Below are positions 8,612-16,814 of a DNA stretch of 18,211 bases, in pieces. The stretch covers positions 1 to 18,211 of the forward strand of contig JBHHTW010000038.1 of assembly GCA_046861385.1 (NCBI GenBank). Direction: 5' to 3'. The notes beneath the pieces were generated by a model that had not been told where the DNA came from, made no database searches, and saw nothing but the letters and a program-made list of their open reading frames with translations. This DNA comes from Fidelibacterota bacterium (lineage in GTDB: Bacteria > Fidelibacterota > Marinisomatia > Marinisomatales > TCS55). Positions within the stretch are counted from its first letter, which is position 1; every line of letters starts with the position of its first letter. Made by a program: the position numbers and the translations under genes.

Positions 8612-8771
8612 TAAATACGTAAAACGTAAATTGTGTTCTTTTACATAACTATTCCGAAGCGTCGGGACAGGCTGTTTTGAATAATTATTTACCAACTTAA
8701 TCTTCTTACCTTCACTTATTTATGTTCTTATGACAAATATTTTCTTTCGGACAACTAATCCAAGTTAAGAT

Positions 8772-9042
8772 TGGTCGTGCGCCATAGCTTGACAAATCTG
8801 GTCATTCCATCAAACCGGCAGTTAACTCCGTTTCAGTGATCCATCGGCACATGAAAGCGACACCTACCGCTGCTCCCTTCCGGGCCTGACGGGATTTAAT
8901 GTGCATCCATTGCGACAGGTTAAAACTTCAACATCACTTGCCAATCATCTGAAATTCAGCGTTAGCCGCACTATGGTTGTTAATCCTGCTATAGCGGGTT
9001 GCAGGTTACAGGGCACCGCTACCTCCCCATCTAGCACGACCA
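8772..9042 (-). ncRNA. ffs: Signal recognition particle RNA, large bacterial type with Alu domain (~271 nt)
   Basis: Minus strand has the helix-8 motif CCCGTCAGGCCCGGAAGGGAGCAGCGG and the Alu-type 5' segment GGGGAGGTAGCGGTGCCCTGTAACCTGCAACCCGC resembling Bacillus scRNA. Terminal 9-bp helix 9034-9042/8772-8780; located upstream of dnaX. Confidence 0.95.
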
Positions 9043-9086
9043 CATTTTCAAAAAGTTGTATTTATATCTGTTTTCAAATAGATATG

Positions 9087-9159
9087 TGGAGCCGAGGAGG
9101 ATCGAACTCCTGACCTCAGCATTGCGAACGCTGCGCTCTCCCGACTGAGCTACGGCCCC
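9087..9159 (-). tRNA. tRNA-Ala (anticodon CGC), CCA not encoded
   Basis: GGGGCCGTAGCTCAGTCGGGAGAGCG-CAGCG TT CGC AA TGCTG-AGGTCAGGAGTTCGATCCTCCT-CGGCTCC-A; G3:U70 alanine identity pair. Confidence 0.97.
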
Positions 9160-9373
9160 GTTTAAAATACTTGGAAAGTTCATTAGGTTTAATTTAACCA
9201 AGTAATTAAGCAGGTAGGTTTCCTGCACATCGTATTCACTATTGTGACGATGACAGGTTCAAACTGTGCTACTGATCCATTTTTCAGACATTAAATTTAA
9301 GTGTGCATGATGACGTCAGGCAATCTGACATTCGATTATAATTCAGAACCAGGATAGTCTGATTAACGATCTT

Positions 9374-9799
9374 TTATTTTTTCCGCTTGAAGAATCCCTT
9401 TTTTTTGGATTCTTCCTTTTTTGAATCTTCCGGTTTGGTCACTTTTGGATTGGCCGCTTTACTTGCAGTTTTTTTATTTTCCAACCGTTTTTCCCATGAA
9501 CTCACTTCTCCCGTGGGTTCTTCCGTGGGTTCAGCAATTCGTTGAGGTTTTTCTTCGTTGCGATGATCCCACATTTCTTTTAGTTTGTTTCGCTGCTCTT
9601 CAGAATTGTTTCTTATGTTTTCAATTATAGAAGCCACTTCATCATGAAAATCATTTACAGTTTTCTCAAATCGGCCTGCCAATTCCACTTGCAATGGTTC
9701 CCCATGACCTGGATCGACGTTTTTTAACAGGTTATCGATCTGTTCATTTAACAATTTTTCTTCAGGTGATATTACTTCCTGTTCGATGTCTTGAGCCAT
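9374..9799 (-). CDS. Hypothetical charged protein (141 aa; helical N-half, disordered Lys-rich tail)
   Basis: Strong AAGGAGG SD before ATG; no recognisable family. Confidence 0.85.
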   Translation of the reverse strand: MAQDIEQEVISPEEKLLNEQIDNLLKNVDPGHGEPLQVELAGRFEKTVNDFHDEVASIIENIRNNSEEQRNKLKEMWDHRNEEKPQRIAEPTEEPTGEVSSWEKRLENKKTASKAANPKVTKPEDSKKEESKKKGFFKRKK

Positions 9800-9812
9800 A
9801 AAAGCCTCCTTT

Positions 9813-10607
9813 TCAGTCTCTTAATCTATTCATTTCTTCTGGTGTTAGTGCAAAAAAAGTTTTAGGTGATGTTAAAATATTAAATGTATGAAATACTTCT
9901 ATTCCTGCCAATGTTCCACCTACCGTACCCAAAAAACGGTTATACCAGATACTATCAAGATCCGGGCGCGTTTGTATGTTCCATCCCTCAGCCAGAGTTA
10001 ATCCTGCCAAAGCTGAAAATGCAAATAATGGGTATTTCCAATCCGTTCTTATTTTTAATGATTTTCTGTAATTAATAGATTCCATATCCCAAACGGGAAT
10101 TTTTTCTAATGAAATGGCAGTTTGTATTACCAATTCCCGGTCTTTATAATTAAGAAATGTCCCTCTCACTCTCCTGCCGCTTCTGTGTTTAATTACTACG
10201 AATTGATTTTTCGGGATATTTTCTAAAATAGCACTGGTTTCTAAATAGGTAAGGTTCTCTTGCATAGCCCTTCTGTCTCTTTCCGTAATCGATGGTTGTA
10301 GGTCAACTTTTTCCTTCAAACTTAGGAATTCAATCATGGAATATTTACGTTTGGAAACCTTTTTCTGTGAATATTCTACGAAGGCAATCTTGGCGATAAC
10401 CGTTCGTAATGAAACTTCGTAGAATTGCGCACTTTCGAATCCATCTATGTCATAAACTTTATAAAATAAATTTTCTTCAGCGTCGAGGACGGTCCCTACC
10501 TTCTGGCTTAATGGTATTATTTCACCATTTTGAGCCCCCAAAACACTGGACAGATAAAAAATGAATAGGTATTTACTTTGATTCGATAAGTTCAATAATC
10601 TCACCAT
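9813..10607 (-). CDS. Hypothetical exported/membrane protein (264 aa)
   Basis: Signal-like N-terminus, possible Sm/SH3-like beta segment (VVIKHRSGRRVRGTFLNYKDRELVI) and two C-terminal hydrophobic Gly-rich helices; overlaps the selenoprotein 3' end. Confidence 0.85.
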   Translation of the reverse strand: MVRLLNLSNQSKYLFIFYLSSVLGAQNGEIIPLSQKVGTVLDAEENLFYKVYDIDGFESAQFYEVSLRTVIAKIAFVEYSQKKVSKRKYSMIEFLSLKEKVDLQPSITERDRRAMQENLTYLETSAILENIPKNQFVVIKHRSGRRVRGTFLNYKDRELVIQTAISLEKIPVWDMESINYRKSLKIRTDWKYPLFAFSALAGLTLAEGWNIQTRPDLDSIWYNRFLGTVGGTLAGIEVFHTFNILTSPKTFFALTPEEMNRLRD

Positions 10608-10803
10608 CTTCAGGGAAACGATTGAGTTTCTTTTTGGAAAATATTAACTCACCATTCTTCATGACCTCAAAGACTCCACCACCGGATGGGTTTAGTGTTA
10701 AACTGGAAATCTGTGTACCATATTTTTCCAAAAGAATATTAGCCAAACTGGCTGCCCTTGGCAAATAGTTTCAGACGTTACAGTATTCAATACTTATTTT
10801 CAT
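10573..10803 (-). CDS. SelW/SelT/SelH (Rdx family) selenoprotein, 76 aa, CxxU motif
   Basis: Extending the 63-aa ORF upstream through TGA (10771-10773) gives MKISIEYCNV(U)NYLPRAASLA...PSGGGVFEV...IFSKKKLNRFP; GGAG SD precedes ATG 10803. Confidence 0.93.
10741..10770 (-). promoter_or_regulatory. Putative bacterial SECIS element
   Basis: Hairpin AGCCA-GTT-TGGCT (10741-10753), with GU in the apical loop, begins 17 nt after the in-frame UGA. Confidence 0.7.
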
Positions 10804-10805
10804 TA

Positions 10806-10958
10806 TTACTCCATGAATTGTGCAAACCAGAAAATGGCAATAATCACGAATCCTCCTGCCATACCAAACAATATGTATGCAGCAACTTTAAAAGTCCGGG
10901 CGCTGGCATCATATCGATATACGATTTTTTCGCCATCTTCTACAGTTATTTTTCCCAT
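10806..10958 (-). CDS. Small single-pass membrane protein (50 aa), absent from ORF track
   Basis: MGKITVEDGEKIVYRYDASARTFKVAAYILFGMAGGFVIIAIFWFAQFME*. TAATG overlap with the upstream stop; ends 2 nt before the selenoprotein ATG, filling the gap exactly. Confidence 0.8.
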   Translation of the reverse strand: MGKITVEDGEKIVYRYDASARTFKVAAYILFGMAGGFVIIAIFWFAQFME

Positions 10959-13195
10959 TAAAAGTCAAAAGATGTTTCAATGGTTGTTTGTTTTATAGGC
11001 TCAAGTTCACCGGTCCCGTTATCTCGATAAAATTGACGAAAGTCCCAAATAAGACTGACGCCTTTGCTTATTTCGTACCCCAGACGGTATCCCAATACTG
11101 TATTGACAGACGGATTACCAAAATCAAAAGGATTTCTATCATTATTTCGCTGATAATAGGCAGTTGCAACACTCAATTTCGGAATATTATCAGGATTGAC
11201 ATTCACAGAAGCGAAAAAACTCTTAATGGTATCACTGGCGGAAGTCATATTTGCATATGCACCACTCAAACTGGCAAATCCAAAGACATCCGCACTTATG
11301 GATCCAAAATAACCACTTAAATCCTCTTTCATGGTTGAATCAGCAAACAATACCATATCTTTTGTATATATCTTCGTCTCATCATTTGTGTAAATGGGTA
11401 CTACCCGTGTAATATCGTAAGATTGATCAAAGAATTGTGGAACGTAATAACCGCTTTTTAATCGATATTCAACGTTGACATTCAGGAATTTGAATAAATT
11501 CATTCTAACGCCTGGTATTGAAAAACCATTTCCCGTTTTAGCATCTCGGTAAAATTCGGTTCCTTTCTTTCCTGCCTCTGGAATATTGATAAAGTTGAAT
11601 TCTGAATACAAAAGCAAGGAAATCATCTTATTACTTAATATTGGATAACCAATATCAAAAGCAAATGCTGTAATGGATGCCCTATTATCCTCGATACTGA
11701 AGGGTGTTCCTTTTAAAGATGATAAATCATTATCTATCGGGTCATAAACGTTATCACCATCTGCATCGATATCCCACGTGGTTGAATCGACTCCACTATG
11801 GGGATCTGGAATACCATCTCCATCAGTATCATTCCACAATTTTTTATCATCCGGGAAATCATCAAAAATGTCCGGATATGTATCATCATCCCCATCTTTC
11901 ATCCCACTAAATTGATTCAAATCCATCACCAAGTTGGCGCCAATCATTAATGGAAATGCTTTTGAAACTTTGTAGGTTCCTCTCAAACCAAGCAGTGTTC
12001 CACCTCGGGAGAAATCTTTCACATTAGACATGAAAATTTCAGTACCAATGTTTCCAAAATTCATTCCCGTATTTACACCGATTTGCCTGACTGTTGGAAA
12101 TTCCATCATATTCGAGTATCCCATTAATAGACCACCATATCCTAGGGTCACATTATCCAGAGATCCCAATTTAATCCAGAATGGATCTTGTTTCTCTCCC
12201 CAGCGAACATAAAGGACTTTATCCAAGATTACAGATGGATCATTTTTAACGTCCCATTCATTTGGACGAACGTTTCCTTCATTATCGATATAGATTACGA
12301 GATCCAGTCCTACTCCCAGCTTTCCAAATCTGAATTCAGGGCGGAGAGCGATTTGATTATAAAGAATACCGTCGATGGTTACTGATCCAACACCAAGCCC
12401 CATCCCGAAAGGGCTGCCTGCTTCAGGAGTTGCGGGGGGCGCTTCTGATTCGGGAACTTCCGGTTGTTGTTCCGGTACTTGTTGAGGCTCTTCTGCCTGT
12501 CTCTGTGGTTCCTCGGTTTTTGATTCTTCGGGTTCGATTTGTTCTTCTTCGGCTGATTCAGCTTCTTCTTCGGCTTCAGGTTCTTCTTCTTGAATATCTT
12601 GTATGTCAGCTTCCGGTTCCGTCGGATAATCTTTAGGACTAAAAGGTTGTTGAGTTAACGTTCCCAAAGCATTGGAGATGGCTTGCTGTCCCGGTTGAAC
12701 ATTAATTGTTTGTCCACTGACAGAGTTGTATACGTCAAAATTGCCTTCCTGGCAGAAAAATTGATCCATCCCACTCGGATCTGATACTGCAGCAAATTCA
12801 GTTCCTTTTACAGAAGCCACCGAAACAGGTGTTTCCACGCGAAATGATTTACCGCCGGTTTGCTTTGTCACCTTATTAAAAATAGTACCTTGCTGTAATT
12901 CCAGCGTCCGGGTGCTGGGAGAATCTATAAACTGAAATTCTGTATTTTCTCGAATTTTGACAACGGATTTATCATCGATAAAAATGATAATGGCAAATCC
13001 TGTTTCACCAATTCTGATGGCATCACCGTTGTTAATGCCTCTTCCCGCTTTCACATCCGCGGAGAAAGATTGATTACCGATAGGTTTTAACATCACATCT
13101 CCATCAGATTTCATGACCCGCGCAATGGCATCAGCATTGGCGAAATTCATTAAGATCAAGAATGATAATGTTAAGGTGAAAACAATTCGTTTCAT
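10958..13195 (-). CDS. FecR-domain protein fused via acidic linker to a predicted outer-membrane beta-barrel with Asp-rich Ca-binding-like insert
   Basis: Signal peptide; FecR-like GDAIRIG...VKIRENT...FRVETPVSVASVKGTEF; E/P/Q-rich linker; amphipathic beta strands; DTDGDGIPD/DADGDN motifs; C-terminal Phe (SFDF). Confidence 0.85.
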   Translation of the reverse strand: MKRIVFTLTLSFLILMNFANADAIARVMKSDGDVMLKPIGNQSFSADVKAGRGINNGDAIRIGETGFAIIIFIDDKSVVKIRENTEFQFIDSPSTRTLELQQGTIFNKVTKQTGGKSFRVETPVSVASVKGTEFAAVSDPSGMDQFFCQEGNFDVYNSVSGQTINVQPGQQAISNALGTLTQQPFSPKDYPTEPEADIQDIQEEEPEAEEEAESAEEEQIEPEESKTEEPQRQAEEPQQVPEQQPEVPESEAPPATPEAGSPFGMGLGVGSVTIDGILYNQIALRPEFRFGKLGVGLDLVIYIDNEGNVRPNEWDVKNDPSVILDKVLYVRWGEKQDPFWIKLGSLDNVTLGYGGLLMGYSNMMEFPTVRQIGVNTGMNFGNIGTEIFMSNVKDFSRGGTLLGLRGTYKVSKAFPLMIGANLVMDLNQFSGMKDGDDDTYPDIFDDFPDDKKLWNDTDGDGIPDPHSGVDSTTWDIDADGDNVYDPIDNDLSSLKGTPFSIEDNRASITAFAFDIGYPILSNKMISLLLYSEFNFINIPEAGKKGTEFYRDAKTGNGFSIPGVRMNLFKFLNVNVEYRLKSGYYVPQFFDQSYDITRVVPIYTNDETKIYTKDMVLFADSTMKEDLSGYFGSISADVFGFASLSGAYANMTSASDTIKSFFASVNVNPDNIPKLSVATAYYQRNNDRNPFDFGNPSVNTVLGYRLGYEISKGVSLIWDFRQFYRDNGTGELEPIKQTTIETSFDF

Positions 13196-13223
13196 GATAT
13201 TACCTCATAAATAGTGTTTAAAT

Positions 13224-13236
13224 TTGTTGAAATTTA
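13224..13236 (-). promoter_or_regulatory. Putative promoter element TAAATTTCAACAA upstream of FecR-barrel gene
   Basis: Identical 13-mer also at 2825-2837 upstream of recA. Confidence 0.4.
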
Positions 13237-13272
13237 CTCCATATGAATCATTTTACAAGTTAACTAGTTTGA

Positions 13273-16050
13273 TCATATCCTTTTAAAATATTCATGAGCC
13301 AATTCGATAAGAGAATGAAATGGAACACCGGTTGCTTGGGTCATTGTCATTTCGCACATATGGTTCGTGGATACACCTATGCTGCTTTTCGGGATTTCTC
13401 TGAAAGATTTCCCACAGTTGTCACCGGCACTTTGGGTCAGCTCCGGCAGAAACAGTCCCTTGTCACCCGCGGTTGCGCAACACCCATTTGATTCCTGATA
13501 AATAACATTAGAAGCCATTTTTTCAACAACAGAAATAAACTTCTCCTCATGGTGCATTTTTTGAGACGCACATGTATGATGAATCAATACATCGCGCTTC
13601 AACTTTTCATGTTGATCGAAATAATGTCTCTTTTCATAGAAAAATTCTACTATATCAACAAATTTCAAGCCCGATAAAATCCTGACATTGTTGTCATTTT
13701 TTATATGGTATAGACACGATGATATATCTATTAATATTGGGATTTGCCCTTTATTGCTTAATGTATACAATTCATTGGCTGTTTTATCAATCATTAATGA
13801 ATGAGCTTTAACATATCCTTTCGAAGAAAATGGCATACTGCAGCAGAGAGAATTAATGGATTCGGGAATGAATAATTTAACTCCCAGGAACGGAGCGATA
13901 TCCATCATCATATTAACCACCGATTCATTCTTCGTCGTACCCAATGAACGATGAATACATGATGGAAAATAGATTAAATCATCACCTTCTCCGGATAAAT
14001 AAGTTCTTATTTTTGGTGCACGTTTTAAAGAAGAATTCCATTGAGGAATATTCTTTAACCCAATTTTACGTAATCCACTCGTTATTTTTTCCATGTTGCC
14101 TGGTCCAAATATATTTACTCCAACCAATCCTGCCTTAATCAACCATTGAATTTGGGAAAAATGATTCGCTGCATATTCAGCCATTGAATTAGAAAATGAT
14201 GTGTGATGATTAAACCGATAATCCTTGATTAATAATCCTGTATCAATGTTTACCGGGCATTTCAAGGCACATAATCCATCGGTGGCACAGGATTGGTTTC
14301 CGCTATAATTGAAATCCTTCACTAATTGTTCCAATTCTACCTTCGAATGATCCTTCAGGCTCATTTCCCTGATGACGACAATTCGCTGTCGAGGCGTCAA
14401 AGTTATGTTCCTCGAGGGACACACAGATTCGCAAAATCCACACTCCACACATAAATCCACTTTATGAGATACGAGGGGCATTTCCTTTAAGTTTTCCAAA
14501 TGAGTGTTCGAATTACGATCTAATAATACTCCTGGATTTAAAATATTATTCGGATCGGCCAGCAATTTGATTTTCCACATAATCTCATAAAGTTCTCCTC
14601 CCCATTCCGTCTGAACAAACGGCGCCATGTTGCGGCCTGTTCCATGCTCAGCTTTCAAAGATCCGTCGAATTTTCCAATGGTCATTGAAACCAGTTCATT
14701 CATCATTCCTTCAAATTGCTTAACACCTTTTGGTTTGTTTAAATCAATTGAAGCAACAAAATGCAGGTTTCCATCTTTAGCGTGCCCAAACACAACCGCA
14801 TCATCATATTTGTACGATTGAAAAATATGGTGTAATTCTTTGACAGCGTATGGCAAGTCATTATTCATTACACAAATATCTTCTGTGATGACACTTTTCC
14901 CGGCCTTTCTTAATGCTCCTACAGCGGGATATAAACCTTTTCGTACTTTCCAGAGGTTATCTCTTATTTCAGCGTTTGAAGTAAAAGAAGTAACCAACTT
15001 TCCATTCAGTATAGGTAATTCATCAGAAGCTCGTTTTGTTCTCTCAAATAATCGTTCATCATTTTCATCATCAAATTCACACAGTAATGCGGAATGACTT
15101 AATTGAAGGTTTTCAACATTGAACGGTTGATACTCTAAATGTCGAACCGTGGTTAATGAAGAGTAATCCATTAATTCCAAAGCGCTGGCGCCCAGGTCAC
15201 TCAGAATAGGGATTGATGCGCACGCATCAGCCATATCGTTAAACAAAATAAGCCCTGTTGATTTGGATGGCGGATCGTTTATTGTATTTAAAATAACCGA
15301 TGAGATGAAAGCCAGCGTTCCCTCTGAACCAATCAATAAATGAGAAAAGATATCCAATGGATGTTCAAAATCCAGAAATGCATTCATTGAATATCCCATT
15401 GTGTTCTTAATCCGATATTTTTTGCGAATTTTATCAACCAATAAACTATTTGATTGAATTTGTTTCTTGCATTCTGAAATACCTTTTGCCAGGTTTTTTT
15501 GCTCAATGATAAATCGGTCATAATCTGATTCAATTGCCGTATCAAAGATGGACCCATTTGTTGCAATAAACCGTATTGATCGCAAGGTATGATAGGCATT
15601 GTTTTTTACACCACAAACCATCCCGGATGCATTGTTTGCAAGAATTCCTCCAATCATGCAAGAGTTTATCGAAGCGGGGTCGGGTCCGATTTTTCTATTA
15701 TATGTAGACAAATAGTTATTTGCATGACTCCCAATAACACCTGGTTCTAGTTGAATAGCGTTTCCCCCGTCCAGAATTTTCCAATGTTTCCAATCGCGAA
15801 CGGTTTCAGCGATGAACCCTTCACCGATTGATTGCCCTGATAAAGACGTACCGGCTGTTCGAAAAGTGATGGGTGTTTTGGTATTATTAGCATAATTCAG
15901 TAAGGAGATAATATCTGTTTCATTTGCCGGTCGAACCACTGCTTTCGGGATCACCCTGTAAAGACTGGCATCATGGCCGTAAGCTAGACGGTCAATCAGG
16001 CGTGTGTGAATTTTATTTTCAGAAATTCTTTTTGATAGATCAGCGATCAT
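13273..16050 (-). CDS. FAD-binding and Fe-S oxidoreductase (D-lactate dehydrogenase Dld-II-like; FAD_binding_4 + FAD-oxidase_C + 4Fe-4S + CCG domains)
   Basis: DASLYR, FRTAGTSLSGQ, GPDPAS, GHAKDGNLHF, LKAEHGTGRNMAPF, CVECGFCESVCP, CATDGLCALKCP, CC motifs. Confidence 0.92.
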   Translation of the reverse strand: MIADLSKRISENKIHTRLIDRLAYGHDASLYRVIPKAVVRPANETDIISLLNYANNTKTPITFRTAGTSLSGQSIGEGFIAETVRDWKHWKILDGGNAIQLEPGVIGSHANNYLSTYNRKIGPDPASINSCMIGGILANNASGMVCGVKNNAYHTLRSIRFIATNGSIFDTAIESDYDRFIIEQKNLAKGISECKKQIQSNSLLVDKIRKKYRIKNTMGYSMNAFLDFEHPLDIFSHLLIGSEGTLAFISSVILNTINDPPSKSTGLILFNDMADACASIPILSDLGASALELMDYSSLTTVRHLEYQPFNVENLQLSHSALLCEFDDENDERLFERTKRASDELPILNGKLVTSFTSNAEIRDNLWKVRKGLYPAVGALRKAGKSVITEDICVMNNDLPYAVKELHHIFQSYKYDDAVVFGHAKDGNLHFVASIDLNKPKGVKQFEGMMNELVSMTIGKFDGSLKAEHGTGRNMAPFVQTEWGGELYEIMWKIKLLADPNNILNPGVLLDRNSNTHLENLKEMPLVSHKVDLCVECGFCESVCPSRNITLTPRQRIVVIREMSLKDHSKVELEQLVKDFNYSGNQSCATDGLCALKCPVNIDTGLLIKDYRFNHHTSFSNSMAEYAANHFSQIQWLIKAGLVGVNIFGPGNMEKITSGLRKIGLKNIPQWNSSLKRAPKIRTYLSGEGDDLIYFPSCIHRSLGTTKNESVVNMMMDIAPFLGVKLFIPESINSLCCSMPFSSKGYVKAHSLMIDKTANELYTLSNKGQIPILIDISSCLYHIKNDNNVRILSGLKFVDIVEFFYEKRHYFDQHEKLKRDVLIHHTCASQKMHHEEKFISVVEKMASNVIYQESNGCCATAGDKGLFLPELTQSAGDNCGKSFREIPKSSIGVSTNHMCEMTMTQATGVPFHSLIELAHEYFKRI

Positions 16051-16474
16051 ACCAGCATCGATTACGAATTATTTGAGGTACTTCAACTGTTTTTTGGTTA
16101 TTATAATCAAATGAAATCATTTTAAAAATACCCGCAAAACTAGGATGTGTTTCATCGTTTTGAAAAATGGCTCCTAGAAAATCAAAGCTTTTGAAACCTA
16201 CTCGGTTGATTCGATGACAGATGATTAATTGTGCAGGGTGTTCAATTTGGTTGATATATTCAATATTTATTCCTCCAAGAATCGTGGAAGGATCTTGATT
16301 CATTCTAATGTCACTAAATCCGAGGGATGAGTAATATTCCACTCTCGCTGTCTCCATATAAGCTAAATACATGGCATGGTTAATATGCCCTAACCCGTCC
16401 ATATCTCCCCATCGAGTTTCCAAGGCAAACTGATGATCAAAATCATTTTGATTTAATTGTCGATATTTTTTCAT
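16040..16474 (-). CDS. Acyl-CoA thioesterase (4HBT/hotdog family)
   Basis: RWGDMDGLGHINHAMYLAYMETARVEY motif. Confidence 0.92.
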   Translation of the reverse strand: MKKYRQLNQNDFDHQFALETRWGDMDGLGHINHAMYLAYMETARVEYYSSLGFSDIRMNQDPSTILGGINIEYINQIEHPAQLIICHRINRVGFKSFDFLGAIFQNDETHPSFAGIFKMISFDYNNQKTVEVPQIIRNRCWYDR

Positions 16475-16557
16475 ATAAATGATTAGTATTTATAATTATG
16501 AGGAATCACATTAGTCAATCAAACAAAGCGAGGAATAGCTGATTTCTCAACTCACGT

Positions 16558-16740
16558 TTAATTGACATTGCGATTGAATAATTTTACTCTGCGGTCTTTT
16601 TTCTCACGTCTATCATTAACTATCCTACGATCTTCACTTACAGGATAAAGTTTTTTTCGTCGATCTGAATTTCGACGCTCTTTTATTCTTTTGTCTATCA
16701 TGTTATCCATTACTTCTTCCCTAGTATTATTGAATTTCAT
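16558..16740 (-). CDS. Small basic protein with (D/E)RR repeats; start may be ATG 16710
   Basis: DKRIKERRNSDRRKK...EDRRIVNDRREKKDRR; same strand as neighbours; purine-rich SD-like tract before MDNM. Confidence 0.65.
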   Translation of the reverse strand: MKFNNTREEVMDNMIDKRIKERRNSDRRKKLYPVSEDRRIVNDRREKKDRRVKLFNRNVN

Positions 16741-16814
16741 AATTTGTTTTCAGTTGCTCAACTTACTTTGAATTTATAACACTGCTCAAAATGATTTTCT
16801 ATCAGGAAAATATG

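Noticed and set aside
9087..9159. tRNA as an integration site
   Set aside because: No duplicated tRNA 3' end or integrase in the window; ffs follows directly.
9031..9228. 65-aa minus-strand ORF (and the 70-aa plus ORF 8901..9113)
   Set aside because: Shadow ORFs overlapping tRNA-Ala and SRP RNA.
9307..9335. TGATGA followed by a stem as a hammerhead ribozyme core
   Set aside because: Lacks the CUGA start and the GAAA following stem II.
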